This document shows, in pieces, positions 1-11,026 of a stretch of 64,000 nt of DNA. Numbering within the stretch: the first letter of the stretch is position 1; each line of letters starts with the position of its first letter. The position numbers were made by a program, and so were the translations under genes. The notes beneath the pieces are model-generated. The model was not told where the DNA came from. It did not search any database and was given only the letters and a program-made list of their open reading frames with translations. Source of the DNA: Octopus sinensis. Its lineage: Eukaryota. The DNA lies in NCBI RefSeq assembly GCF_006345805.1, contig NC_043005.1, positions 35,402,001-35,466,000 on the forward strand, read 5' to 3'.

Positions 1-490
1 CAGAAATATCTGCACAAGGAATGCTGGTTGAACATTCCAATCAAAACATCTGTCAGGTGTAAGCATACTGATGTTCGTTACAGACAAGAAAGCGTATGTA
101 CCGCCATAGAGGTCAGCTGTCCTGCTGATGTGAATATCTCTTTGAAAATTAAAGAGAAAGAGGATACCTATGGAGAACTGCTTCGAAACCTCTAGCTTCT
201 ATTACAAATTATTATAAATTCACATTCATAGTAATAATAATTGGTGCACTTGATTTTGTAAGTAAATGCCTCAGTGACAATCTGAATAAGTTAGGATTTT
301 CAGAAGAAGAAATCAACTAACACGCACATTGTAAATGCAACTTGTAAATGGAACAGTAAAATTATGCAAAGCTTTTCTCAAGTTTAGAATCTGATTTTAT
401 TTTTGTTATCTACATTTCAACGATGGAGATTTGCATCTTTGTTAGAAACCAGCTCCTTCTGCAGTAGAAGAATTCAAATAATTAAAAACA
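1..490 (+). mobile_element. 3' end of a decayed RLE-type non-LTR retrotransposon (R2/R4/NeSL group), restriction-like endonuclease domain plus 3' UTR
   Basis: Frame 1 reads QKYLHKECWLNIPIKTSVRCKHTDVRYRQESVCTAIEVSCPADVNISLKIKEKEDTYGELLRNL* and continues with stops through ..FTFIVIIIGAL..GTVKLCKAFLKF. This fits the PD-(D/E)xK domain C-terminus of RLE LINEs. Confidence 0.75.
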
Positions 491-1467
491 GACGAGCAAC
501 ACAAACACCAAGGTTCTCAAATGTCTCCACTTCTAAACATGTTTAGGTCAAAATTCCGAAAACAATGTTCGTCTGTTATGATTGGCTTATTGATGCATAA
601 AATTTATAGAATTTGGTCGCGGCAATAGAATACTATTACTTTCCAACAATAGTAGAATCGTAGTCGTGGATTGATCTTTTAAAGAATTTTTCCCTTAATT
701 TCCTGTGCCCGTTTTCGACACTTGTATAATTAACAAACATATTTAGGACAGGCTAATTTGTTAAACTTGAAGGTTAGCTTCGATAAAATTGACCAACAGC
801 CAAAGGCTTTCCACTATTGAATTTTCGTATTTTCTCTTTTGTTTTTTTTGCTGGTATAGTACATTTTGGACTACAATACCCAATATGTCACTGTTTTGTT
901 TTTAACCTTTTGTCCAAAGCATTTCAATAAGTTTGCTCTAAATGTCTGTACTTGTTTACAGACTTTTTAGTCCTTGTTTCGTACATACTGAGTAATAATA
1001 TAAAGCTCTCCTTTCATAAGCTCTTTTTTACTCTAGTGGTTGGAAAAAAAATGGAAATGTGTATCGTGTATGATGCGTGGACGTCAGAGAAATATGTCTG
1101 GTGTATCACTTATAATATACAGGATAAGCAAAGGGTTAAAGAAGGTAAGCTGTGATTTGTAGGAGATTTGGTGGCTATTTCTTGCAGTCGAGCAAACATA
1201 TAGAACCAGAACACCTAATCATTTCGTTGAAACAAGCCCTAAACAGCCCATCAATGCTGCGAGTTCTACTGGCTGTCTTCGGTTTGTCGTAAATGACGAA
1301 AAGTAGACAGCAACAAGTATTAATTTTATAACTAATATTCACGATTTAGTAGCAATTTTCGAAGCCAAATCACTAATTACTCACTTCTAAAAGCCCAGGG
1401 ATGGTTCTAAAAGTTATAGTTTTTCACCCTTCCCTCTTCTCTATATCGATTGCATTATAATTTATTA

Positions 1468-3048
1468 AGAGCTGACAGAACAGTGACGGCGCTGAACAAA
1501 AGCTTAACAGCATTTCTTTTGAGTTCAGATATCAACAAGGTCAGCTTTGCCTTTCACTCTTTTGGGGTATATACTATAAATACAGTTGAGTATTGAAGTG
1601 TAATCAACTAGTCCTGTCGCCCAAAATTTCAGGCCTTCTGCCTATAGGAGAAAGAATCATCATTTATTATTACTGAAGATGACGAACTGGCAGAATTGTT
1701 AGCACGCCGGACAAAATGCCTAACGACATTTCGTCCGTCTTTATGCTCTAAATTCAAATGCCACCGATGTAGACTTTGCGTTTTATCCTTTCGGGGTTGA
1801 TAAAATAAAGTACCAATGAAGTAGTAGCTTTGATATAATCGATCACAATTTTAAATAACAATTATCATTATTGGTTATATTGAAGTATTGGACTTAAATG
1901 CTGGATTTAGCTATCTCTCTTTATGTTGAACTGTTAACGCATCGGACGAAATGCTTAACGGCATTTTTTCCGGCTTTACGTTCTGAATTCAAATTCTGCC
2001 GAGGCCAACTTCGCCTTCCATCCTTTTGGGGGTCGATAAGGAAAGTACCAGTTGAGTACCAAGGTGTAATCGACTAGCCCCCTTCCCAAAATTTCAGGCT
2101 TTCTGCCTATAGTAGTGATTCTCCACCGGTGTCCATATGATCCTCGGTGGGGGTCCATATAAGATTTTGTTGTTTAAAATTTGTTACACTTCTATTATAC
2201 ACTAAATGTTTTAACAATTTTTTATACGATTCCTATATATATATATTTAATTATAGAAAACATAACAGGATTTTTAAAACATCAAATGGCTATGGGGTGG
2301 GGGGGAGCATCTGAGTAAAATAGGAATCAAAGGGGCCATAATTTAAAAAAATGGTTGGGAACCACTGTTAAAGTAGGAACAATTATCATTATTACTGAAG
2401 GTGACAAGACGGCGAGCTGGCAGAATCGTTAGCTTGACGACATTTCGTGCGTCTTTACGTTTTGAGTTCAAATTCCGCCGAGGTCGACTGTGTCTTTCAT
2501 CCTTTCGAGGTCGATGAAATAAGTTCCAGTCAAGCACTGGGATCCATGTAATCGACTAGTTTCCTTCCCCGGAATTTCAGGCCTTGTGGCTATACTAATA
2601 ATTGTTATTATTGAAGGCGACAAACTGGCAGAGTTGTTAGCACGTCGGGCGAAATGCTTAGCAGTATTTCGTCTGCCGCTACGTTCTGAGTTCAAATTCC
2701 GCCGAGGTCGACTTTACCTTTCAGCCTTTCGGGGTCGATTAAATAAGTACCAGTTACACACTGGGGTCGATATAATCGTCTTAATCCGTTTGTCTGTCCT
2801 TGTTTGTCCCCTCTATGTGTAGCCCCTTGTGGGTAGCAAAGAAATAAGAATCGTTAGCACACCGGACAAAATATTTAACATTTCGCCCATCTTTATGTTT
2901 TAAGTTCAAGTGCCATCAAGGCTGACTTCGCTTTTTATCCATGAAGAGTTGATAAAATAAGTACCAGTTGAGCACTGGGGTTCGATGTAATCGACTCATT
3001 CCCTTTCCTGAACTTGCTGGCCTTGTACCAAATATTGAAATCGTTATT
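1468..3048 (+). mobile_element. Head-to-tail array of about 6 SINE family A copies (tRNA-derived, core CCTTTCATCCTTTCGGGGTCGATAAA-TAAGTACCAG)
   Basis: Same-orientation copies start near 1468, 1676, 1925, 2396, 2613 and 2848. Each has a GAGCTGGCAGAA..GTTAGCAC head, GAGTTCAAATT B-box-like motif and shared core, and they are separated by ATT-rich tails. Confidence 0.85.
2113..2367. mobile_element. hAT-like MITE inserted in a SINE tail
   Basis: Imperfect TIRs TAGTGATTCTCCACC / GGTTGGGAACCACTG. The subterminal sequence matches the reverse complement of 58110-58155. No clean TSD seen. Confidence 0.6.
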
Positions 3049-3271
3049 AGGGGTGGACAGAGAAGAAAATAAATAAAATTAACGAAACCTAAAAAAAAAA
3101 AGTGATATGAAAGAGGTTTTGAGGGAGGGTTTATTGAAGAAGGCCCTAACTACCAAGCTAAATATTTACTAATCCACACCAACCCCGTCTTGGAATATAA
3201 AGAGCTGGTGCGCCTTTCTCCAGTAATATCTTTGTCACAGCGGAAACGGAAGTTAAATTTATAGTACTTAC

Positions 3272-3445
3272 TTTTTCTTTCATTTAAGTTTAAACATAAA
3301 CCGGAAGCCTTTTTTTGGTCGGCGGTGAATAAAATGTTGGTGGTAGTGGTAGTGGTGGTGGCGGTAGGTTTTTGGGTTGAAGAGTTTATAAAGAATTGAT
3401 GAGAAGTGAGACGGAACGAAACGAATTGAATTCGAAAGGAAAAAT
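3272..3445 (-). other. Candidate exon of a minus-strand host gene (possibly ending ATG AAA GAA AAA)
   Basis: On the minus strand, pyrimidine tract + TTCCTCAG acceptor (AG at 3447-3446) and AAA|GTAAGT donor (3271-3266). ETS-like CGGAAG motifs lie at 3247 and 3302. No homology support. Confidence 0.25.
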
Positions 3446-3595
3446 CTGAGGAAAGAATAAAAAAGGAAGACACATACACAAAGAAAAGCAAAAAAATTCA
3501 AAAGCCAAAATGACCGCGTACCCTTCATAAACGTTAAGCACACTCACAGGCAGTGTGGTGTGTGTGTGTATGCGTGTGTTTGTATGTGTGTGTGA

Positions 3596-3656
<61 letters not shown>

Positions 3657-3985
3657 GAGTGTGTAGAGACAGACAGGGCAAAGTGATGAAAGACTTGAGA
3701 GACCTTTGGCGGCACCTCACCAATATCCGTTTTCGGTCACATGAGAATAACAATAACAACAGAACTAGACAACGTCACCGTCATCGTCGTCGACCTCACC
3801 GCCATCACCACCACCACCACCATCATCACCAACGGTATCCTTCTCCTTTTCATGATCATCATCATTAGCAACAACAGCAATCATTGGTTAATAACAAACA
3901 AAAACTAGAACCGTAACATCAATAATTAACACACACACACACACACACGTGTGTGTGTGTTATTTATATATGTATAAACAATTTT

Positions 3986-4215
3986 GCGGCGAGCTGGCAG
4001 AAACGTTAGCACGCCAGGCGAAATGCGTAGCCGTAGTTCGTCTGCCGTTACGTTGTGAGTTCAAATTCCGCCGAGGTCGACTTTGCCTTTCATCCTTTCG
4101 GGGTCGATAAATTAAGTACCAGTTACGCACTGGGGTCGATGTAATAGACTTAATCGCTTTGTCTGTCCCTATTTGTCCTCTCTGTGTTTAGCCCCTTGTG
4201 GGTAGTAAAGAAATA
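3986..4215 (+). mobile_element. Full-length SINE family A copy with 18-bp TSD
   Basis: Complete head-core-tail. TATATATGTATAAACAAT occurs at 3965-3982 and 4216-4233. Confidence 0.9.
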
Positions 4216-4500
4216 TATATATGTATAAACAATGTGTATGTATTATATATACATATATACATGCACACATGTATGTATGTAGAAATGTACTTATGCATGC
4301 ATATATATCTAAGATAACGAGCACTATCACAAATGCTCGGAGTGGAAGAGACGGCAGCAAAACCCAAGAACGGGAATTAAGTGTTGAAGTCTGCGAATGA
4401 TGTCTGTGATGTTTGTCATACGACACAACTAGGAATAGAACTAAAGGAATAAGGTAAAAAAAACAAAAAAAAAACAGTGAGGAGCAGGGTAGGGGGTACC

Positions 4501-4672
4501 TATAAAAGAAGGAGGTGTAAGGGGAGGGTGTGATTAGCAACTAACCGTGCAGTGGCACGTGGTAAAAAGATAAAAATCGGATGGGAGTGGTTTGAGATCG
4601 CGCCCACACCACCATCACTAAGCTCACCGCGTGTTTCACCAAAGAGAGGAAGCATCGACAATATTTGTAAGT
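4501..4672 (+). promoter_or_regulatory. Candidate TATA promoter and non-coding first exon
   Basis: TATAAAAG at 4501-4508, a non-repetitive CpG-containing stretch with CACGTG at about 4556, and TTT|GTAAGT donor at 4667-4672. Confidence 0.3.
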
Positions 4673-5054
4673 GGTAAAGCCTCAATTGTCGTTGGTGCCA
4701 TGTGCCTGCGTGTGTGGGTGCGCGCGTGTAGGTTGATCTCGCTCTCTCTCTCTCTTCTTTCTTTCATTTTTTTCTTTGTTTGATTGTTTGTTTCCTTCTT
4801 TCATTTTCGCTGTATCTGTCATATGATTTGTGTGTGTGTGTGTCTGTGTGTGCGTACGTGTGTGTGCGTGTATTATATTATATATATTATAAGTTCAAAT
4901 CATAATAGATAGATACTCGACCAAATGCGAAACAGACATAGAAGGTCGCCAACTCATCATCTGTTATCGGCCAGGAGGTCAAACGCAACTTCACGCCTTA
5001 ACGATAATATCACATCCCCATGTGTGTGTGTATATACATACATATGTATACATA

Positions 5055-5102
<48 letters not shown>

Positions 5103-5104
5103 GC

Positions 5105-5251
5105 TCTTTACTCTTTTTATTCTTTTACTTGTTTCAGTCATTTGACCGCGGCAATGCTGGAGCACCGCCTTTAGTCGAGCAACTCGACCCCGGGACTTAT
5201 TCTTTGTAAGCCCAGTACTTATTCTATCGGTCTCTTTTGCCGAACCGCTAA

Positions 5252-5254
<3 letters not shown>
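5105..5254 (-). mobile_element. SINE family B, 3' fragment
   Basis: Matches the 3' half of the full copy at 17243-17640 and sits between (TA)n tracts. Confidence 0.85.
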
Positions 5255-5296
<42 letters not shown>

Positions 5297-5411
5297 ACAT
5301 TTAAATAATGAGAGTGATGAACTGAATATAAATTTAATTAACATCAATTTAAAACCAGTAGACTAGCATATAGAAAAATCTGAAAATTCAGAAAAATTGT
5401 AATACATACAC

Positions 5412-5515
<104 letters not shown>

Positions 5516-5578
5516 GTGTGTGTGTATACACACATATATACATGCATAAATACATACATACATACATACATACATACA

Positions 5579-5612
<34 letters not shown>

Positions 5613-5704
5613 CATACATACATACTTATATGTATAAATTGTTTGAAGTGATGTACAGATTTTATATATTAAGAAAAAAGAGGTAGTCAGAATTTCGGAT
5701 TATT

Positions 5705-5750
5705 CTTTATTAACGCTTTCGCTTCATTCATGGGTACTCCTCAGATATAA
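5705..5750 (-). ncRNA. Degenerate minimal hammerhead-like motif in a repeat terminus abutting (TACA)n
   Basis: Minus strand TTATAT-CTGAGGA-GTAC CCATGAAT GAAGC-GAAA-GCGT-TA-ATAAAG. The core and GAAA/UH are present but the stems are imperfect. Confidence 0.45.
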
Positions 5751-5994
5751 GATTTACAGAAAAGTTCTTTGCTTTTTATACAAATCTAAAACATGGTGTC
5801 TTTTGTTTTGTTTATTTGTTTGTTTTTTATTTGTATGTGTGTGTGTGTGTATACAAAAACACAATGAATGGTAAGAATATGACAAAAGATATCCAATAAA
5901 TACAGACCAGATTATTGTTTTGGCCAGATCGAATTCCTAAAATTCAACGTCCTATTCATAAGAGGCATAAACCAATTAAAACAACAATATTTTT

Positions 5995-6205
5995 AAATTT
6001 CGGCGTAAGACCAATTATTTTAAGGGGAGGGGGTTGATCGATTACATGGACGCTAATGTTTGACTGATACTTTATTTTATCGACTTCGGAAGGATGAAAG
6101 GCAAAGTGAACCTCGGCGGAATATGAATCCAGAACGTAAAGAACGAGAAGAAATGCTGCTAAACATTTTGTTCGACGCATTAACAATTCTGCCAGATCAA
6201 CGCTT
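5995..6205 (-). mobile_element. SINE family A copy
   Basis: Reverse complement of the family A head and core (GGATGAAAGGCAAAGT..CTCGGCGGAAT). Confidence 0.8.
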
Positions 6206-6249
6206 TAACAACAACAACAACAACAACAACAAGAAAAGATAATCCATTT

Positions 6250-6640
6250 CTCTGAAAAATCGGCCTATCAACGTTCAGTTCGTTCAAGAATAGGAGAACT
6301 GGGCAGCGAACAATCTGGTAAAAAAAATGTTGGGACCTGATATGTTGGAATATAGTTCGAATCTGACGGTTGATTGTACGTGCAATAAAGAAAAACTTAA
6401 CCCAGAATGTCTGAACCTGAAGTTAAGTAGGGGATGGTATGTCTAGAAAAGGGCCGCATGTCTAGAAAAGGGTCGGCCCCATTAAATAGATGAAGGACAC
6501 CATGAGCAGTATAAAGTATCAGGATATCTTAGAGAAGACTATGCTTCCGTATGCCAAGATTCATTTGGGCTGATAGGAGATTTTTGTTCCTATACGGCAA
6601 CCACCAGAAACTTACTAAAAGGACAATAACTTTTAAAGGG
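6250..6640 (+). pseudogene. Tc1-family transposase remnant
   Basis: Reads ..SRDG..VGPIK*MKDTMSSIKYQDILEKTMLPYAKIHLG.., like the Tc1 catalytic region upstream of the QQDND motif. It carries stops and an internal ATGTCTAGAAAAGGG duplication at about 6439-6473. Confidence 0.6.
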
Positions 6641-7234
6641 AAAAATGAGCTGATACCTATCCAGGGCCCCAGTAATTAACGGGTACTTTATTTTATTGGC
6701 TGCGGAAAAATGGAAGGTACATTTGACGACCACAAAGGCATTTGAACTGAGCAAAGTAATGAGTTGGAAGGAATGCCTTCAAGCGTTTCGGCCGACGCAC
6801 CAACGATTTTGATAGTTCGCAACTACCACCACCGTCACCATCATCACCACCACCACGATATATGCATCTCTGATCACGAGCAGAAGTAGTAGGGGAGCAT
6901 CATAGCCATGTGTTGAGAGGAATTCTTTGGAGTTTGAATAATTCACCTCTGGGAGCATGGGTGTTTTGTTCAACGTCCTTAAACAACTCTTATTCGAGGA
7001 ACATTTGAGTGGGATAGGCTAATCAGACCTGAAAAAAATTCTAACTGGGTCCGACCTGCAAGGTTGAAATTCCAATGAAGGAACCTTGGATCTAGGTTAG
7101 AAACCGGCACTTTCACTACTGGCATGAAATCTTGAAATAAAATTAAATAGCGATATACGTACATACATACACTCACACACACACATACACACACACACAC
7201 ATATTCATATTTATCTCACACCAGATGAAGTACT

Positions 7235-7450
7235 TGTTTTGCTGAATTTTTTGCTGAACAGTGCATTACATATATCGTTGTGGTAGAAGGCGGCCCTATT
7301 AAAAACCTCCATGTTGACTGAGAGTTTAGATACCCGTTTGCTAATGCCTGAAACAGCAGAATGGGGTGGGGGTGAGCTCTTGTGGATATATACCGTTTTT
7401 TCATTAGGCTTGTGGATATATACCGTTTCTTCATTAGGCTTCCTGTATAT
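7235..7450 (-). pseudogene. Penelope-like element RT/thumb remnant
   Basis: YRKPNEETVYIHK(PNEKTVYIHK)SS..ISKRVSKLSVNMEVFNRAAFYHND aligns by eye to RKPNEKLSYISKDSNHPP..ISSISSDEAAFHNAVPYY of the 8433 ORF. It has a 30-bp tandem duplication. Confidence 0.75.
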
Positions 7451-7639
7451 GCGCAGGTATACGCGCATATACATGTACATATATACATATATACCCCCGC
7501 ATCTACTGCCCCTTCCTACTAACCCCAACCACATGACCGATTTCTTGTCTACCACGCGGTCGATTTCTTGTTCCCCACGCGGTCAATTTCCTGTTCATCA
7601 TGCGGTATTTTCAAACCAATCGTTGTCGCTGAAATACCA

Positions 7640-7805
7640 ACATCTAACCGCTATACCGCGTGACCTTTCTCGCAGGCTAACGCCCAGATGTAAATATTGA
7701 CTCTCTTCAATTGAACTATCATTCAGACCCCAATGGGCGAAGACTAGCTACACGCTTGAAACTCAGAGTATTAAGAAGTCTGAATCAAACTGTTTTGATT
7801 TATAC
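7640..7805 (+). mobile_element. PLE terminal-repeat (pLTR)-like segment with decayed hammerhead
   Basis: GAAA-CTCAGAG-TA at 7758-7770 is identical to the stem III/cleavage site of the hammerhead at 10671-10683. The core is decayed to GCGAAGA, and the segment ends at (CA)n. Confidence 0.45.
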
Positions 7806-7811
7806 ATAACA

Positions 7812-7856
<45 letters not shown>

Positions 7857-8029
7857 ACCACACACACACGCACGCACACACACACACGCACGCACACACA
7901 CACACAAGCTGTTTGAATCTTGTTTGACTGTTATATATGACACATATATATATCTATGTATGTATATATGTAAGTATGTCTATATATATATATATGTATG
8001 TATGTATGTACGTATACATATATGTCCGC

Positions 8030-8202
8030 TAAATCCACAAGTTCTTTTTATTCTCTGTGTTTATTTCCTCGTGTTCTATTCTTTTGAAGAGCGTAAGCTC
8101 GAAACGTGAAAGAACTTTCTCACCTTCCCGAGCATCAAACTAATACACCTGCTTGTTGCTTATACACCTGTCTTCGTCTTTTCTTTTTCTGTAAATTTCA
8201 AC
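8030..8202 (+). mobile_element. PLE-type terminus (family H3) with collapsed hammerhead core
   Basis: GAAGAGCGTAAGCTCGAAACGTGAAAGA..CTGTAAATTTCAAC followed by (TA)n. Same family as about 15001 and 18706. Confidence 0.65.
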
Positions 8203-8319
8203 TATATATATATATATATACCGGAGTAAACACATAAATGTGAAACAAGGTGGAAAAAAGAGTACTCAAATACCAGTGGTAGAGTAATATGCTTTATATT
8301 AAGCAGCAGAAAATTCAAC

Positions 8320-8367
8320 AAAATCTGTTACTCTGAGTTTCTCGTTGCCGTTCATCAGACAGTTTTT
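8320..8367 (-). ncRNA. Minimal type I hammerhead ribozyme motif (inverted pLTR copy)
   Basis: Reverse complement of 10645-10692. Confidence 0.8.
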
Positions 8368-8432
8368 GCTAGAATGGAACTGATATATCAATTCAATCTA
8401 TACTCTTACAAACGCTACACCTTTACAAAGAA

Positions 8433-9602
8433 ATGGACTTGTTTGATTGGCCCTTTAGAAAAAAACGGTCAATCTTCGAGCGATATAAAGGTTTATATAG
8501 GGATGACGGCCTTATAGCCACGCATAATCTAAACGGCCATGAATCAGATAGACTTAGGAAGGACCTTATAGCTTTCTTTCAAATGATGGGCTTACGGGTT
8601 ACGATAGATGCTAACCTGAATAGTGTAGATTTTTTAGACGTAAATTTTAATGTAAGATCGGATAGATTTAAACCTTTCCGTAAGCCCAATGAAAAGCTAT
8701 CGTATATTAGCAAAGATTCGAACCATCCACCAGTTATCCTTAGGAACTTAGTCAGCAATGTAGGTAGAAGAATATCTTCAATTTCTTCGGATGAGGCAGC
8801 ATTCCATAATGCTGTACCTTATTACGATAGCGTATTAAAGAATAGTGGATTCTCTGAGAAGATCCAGTTCAACCAGCTTAATGCTGATAATAATGATGCA
8901 CGAAGAACTAGGACCAGGAAAGTTTTGTGGTTCAACCCGGCTTTCAATTTGGCCGTAAAGACTAATATAGGTAAGGAATTTTTGAGATTAGTCTCTAAGC
9001 ATTTTAAGCAGGGTCATAAATTCTATAGAATATTTAATAGAAGAACCCTGAAGGTTAGCTATTCTTGTTGCAGAAATTTCGCCTCTTACATTAGCCAGCA
9101 TAATAGGAAGCTAATTCAGATTAGACATGGTGCCGAGCCCATTAAGAAATGTAATTTCAAAAACGAAAGCTCCTGTCCGTTAGAAGGGAAATCTCTAGTG
9201 AAAGGAGTAGTTTATAGAGCCAAGGTGCAAGTGGAAGCCTCATCGGAATACAAGACATACACAGGGGCTTCGGAAAATTCATTTAAAACAAGATTTTATT
9301 CTCATAAAAATTCATTTAAATACCCAGAGAATAGGAAGAAAACCAGCCTAGCAAAATATGTCTGGGAACTAAAAGAAAAGGAAGCCCCACCTTTCAACGT
9401 GACATGGAGCATTCTGGACAGGGCGGCACCATGCAGGCATGGAGCTTACAAAAATAATTTCAAGTGCAGGCTTTGTCTATTAGAAAAAATGTACATCTTA
9501 TTCAAAGACAATAATTCCTTGAATCAAAGAAGTGAGCTAATGAACTTATGTAGGCACGCGGCTAAATTTAAAATGTCGAATATAAATATACCATATGGAT
9601 AG
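8433..9602 (+). CDS. PLE RT C-terminal half + thumb + GIY-YIG endonuclease (Naiad-like), with chimeric N-terminus
   Basis: YRDDGL catalytic motif, FLDV, SNHPP, WFNP, IFNRRTLKVSYSC, GVVY..TYTG (GIY-YIG), CRLCLLEK and LNQRSEL..CRH. The first 18 codons derive from the antisense pLTR, and the N-terminal RT motifs are absent. Confidence 0.85.
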   Translation: MDLFDWPFRKKRSIFERYKGLYRDDGLIATHNLNGHESDRLRKDLIAFFQMMGLRVTIDANLNSVDFLDVNFNVRSDRFKPFRKPNEKLSYISKDSNHPPVILRNLVSNVGRRISSISSDEAAFHNAVPYYDSVLKNSGFSEKIQFNQLNADNNDARRTRTRKVLWFNPAFNLAVKTNIGKEFLRLVSKHFKQGHKFYRIFNRRTLKVSYSCCRNFASYISQHNRKLIQIRHGAEPIKKCNFKNESSCPLEGKSLVKGVVYRAKVQVEASSEYKTYTGASENSFKTRFYSHKNSFKYPENRKKTSLAKYVWELKEKEAPPFNVTWSILDRAAPCRHGAYKNNFKCRLCLLEKMYILFKDNNSLNQRSELMNLCRHAAKFKMSNINIPYG

Positions 9603-10644
9603 AGTATATATTTTGTATTTTTGATTTTGACTCTTGAACGATGAGCGCTACGATGGATTTTGTTTTTGTTTCCAAGCTATGCGGATCTTAATCCGTATAG
9701 CAAAGTCTTATGTTTCTACATATATATTAGGAAAAACCTACAAACTTTGTTTTCATGTTATTGTATTGCATAGGATTACCTTGATTATTTATATTACCTT
9801 GATTATTTATAAATGACCCAAAATAGGATGTTGTATTTTATTTTATATGTCTTTCGTATATATTTTTAATTAATGCACCCATTTTTTAAAAGCAATGTTT
9901 TTTTTTAAAAAAGCAATGTTGTCAAAATTAGAATGTTTATATAAGTATGTGTATAGCAAAGCATATGGATTTGTAAGCATGCGTATCTGTGTATGTGTAA
10001 GTGAAAGTATGTTTGTGCTTAAGCACACATATACACGATTGTATGTATATGTATCCATTCAAACTTGTGTATGTATACTGGTCTCTGTAATACAGTTACA
10101 CTGCTTGTTTACATAATTTTTTTCTTATTTCGTTTTTTCCCCACCCCTCCTTCGTTCCTTTTTCTCGCTCTCCCTTTCTTTCGTTCCCCCTCCTTGCTCA
10201 GTATATGAGAATTGCTACATAGATGAATTTTAGCTTGCGTGCGAGACGGTTTGCGTGAATATATGTACACATGCTTTTATGTGTATATTTAGATTTATAT
10301 TCATACGTCTGTATATGTATGTATGGCGTTACGCGCATCCTTTTGTGTATGTTGATATATATATGTAGATTTTAATATAATATGTATTGCAGTATTTATA
10401 ACAGGTTTAATTTCTATGCATTAATTTGCACTGTCTTCATTAACGTCAATAGGTCTTTTCCTCGGATTTTATAATTTTTATAAGTTTTTTTTATATATAT
10501 ATACATATATTTTTGACCTTTTTGTTTATCGCTCGAAGATTGACCGTTTTTTTCTAAAGGGCCAATCAAACAAGTCCATTTCTTTTTAAAGGTGTAGCGT
10601 TTGTAAGAGTATAGATTGAATTGATATATCAGTTCCATTCTAGC

Positions 10645-10692
10645 AAAAACTGTCTGATGAACGGCAACGAGAAACTCAGAGTAACAGATTTT
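10645..10692 (+). ncRNA. Minimal type I hammerhead ribozyme motif in PLE 3' pLTR
   Basis: AAAACTGT-CTGATGA(10654)-A CG GCAA CG A-GAAA(10671)-CTC A GAG-TA-ACAG A TTTT. Stem I CTGT/ACAG, palindromic stem III, GUA cleavage triplet. Confidence 0.85.
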
Positions 10693-10718
10693 GTTGAATT
10701 TTCTGCTGCTTAAAATAA

Positions 10719-10720
<2 letters not shown>

Positions 10721-10755
<35 letters not shown>

Positions 10756-11026
10756 ATGTATGTATGTATGTATGTATGTATGTATGTATGTATGTATGTA
10801 TGTATGTATGTATGTGTGTATGTATGTATGTATGTATGTATGTATGTATGTATGTATGTATGTATGTGTGTATGTATGTATGTATGTATGTATGTGTGTA
10901 TGTATGTATGTATGTATGTATGTATGTATGTATGTATGTATGTGTGTATGTATGTATGTATGTATGTATGTATGTGTGTATGTATGTATGTATGTATGTA
11001 TGTATGTATGCATGTATGTATGTATA
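10721..11026. repeat. (TA)n then (TATG)n microsatellite
   Basis: Seen directly; it generates the YVCM/HTYI pseudo-ORFs. Confidence 0.95.

Larger units (their letters stand above)
8221..10720 (+). mobile_element. 5'-truncated Penelope-like retroelement with inverted 5' pLTR, flanked by (TA)n
   Basis: 8291-8485 is the reverse complement of 10527-10720 (about 195 bp, near-identical). The RT-GIY-YIG ORF lies between, and both pLTR copies carry a hammerhead. Confidence 0.9.

Noticed and set aside
9676-9701. 11-bp hairpin in the PLE 3' UTR as a possible SECIS (some Naiad PLEs encode selenoproteins)
   Set aside because: No AUGA/GA quartet flanks the helix, there is no apical AA motif, and the retained ORF has no in-frame UGA.
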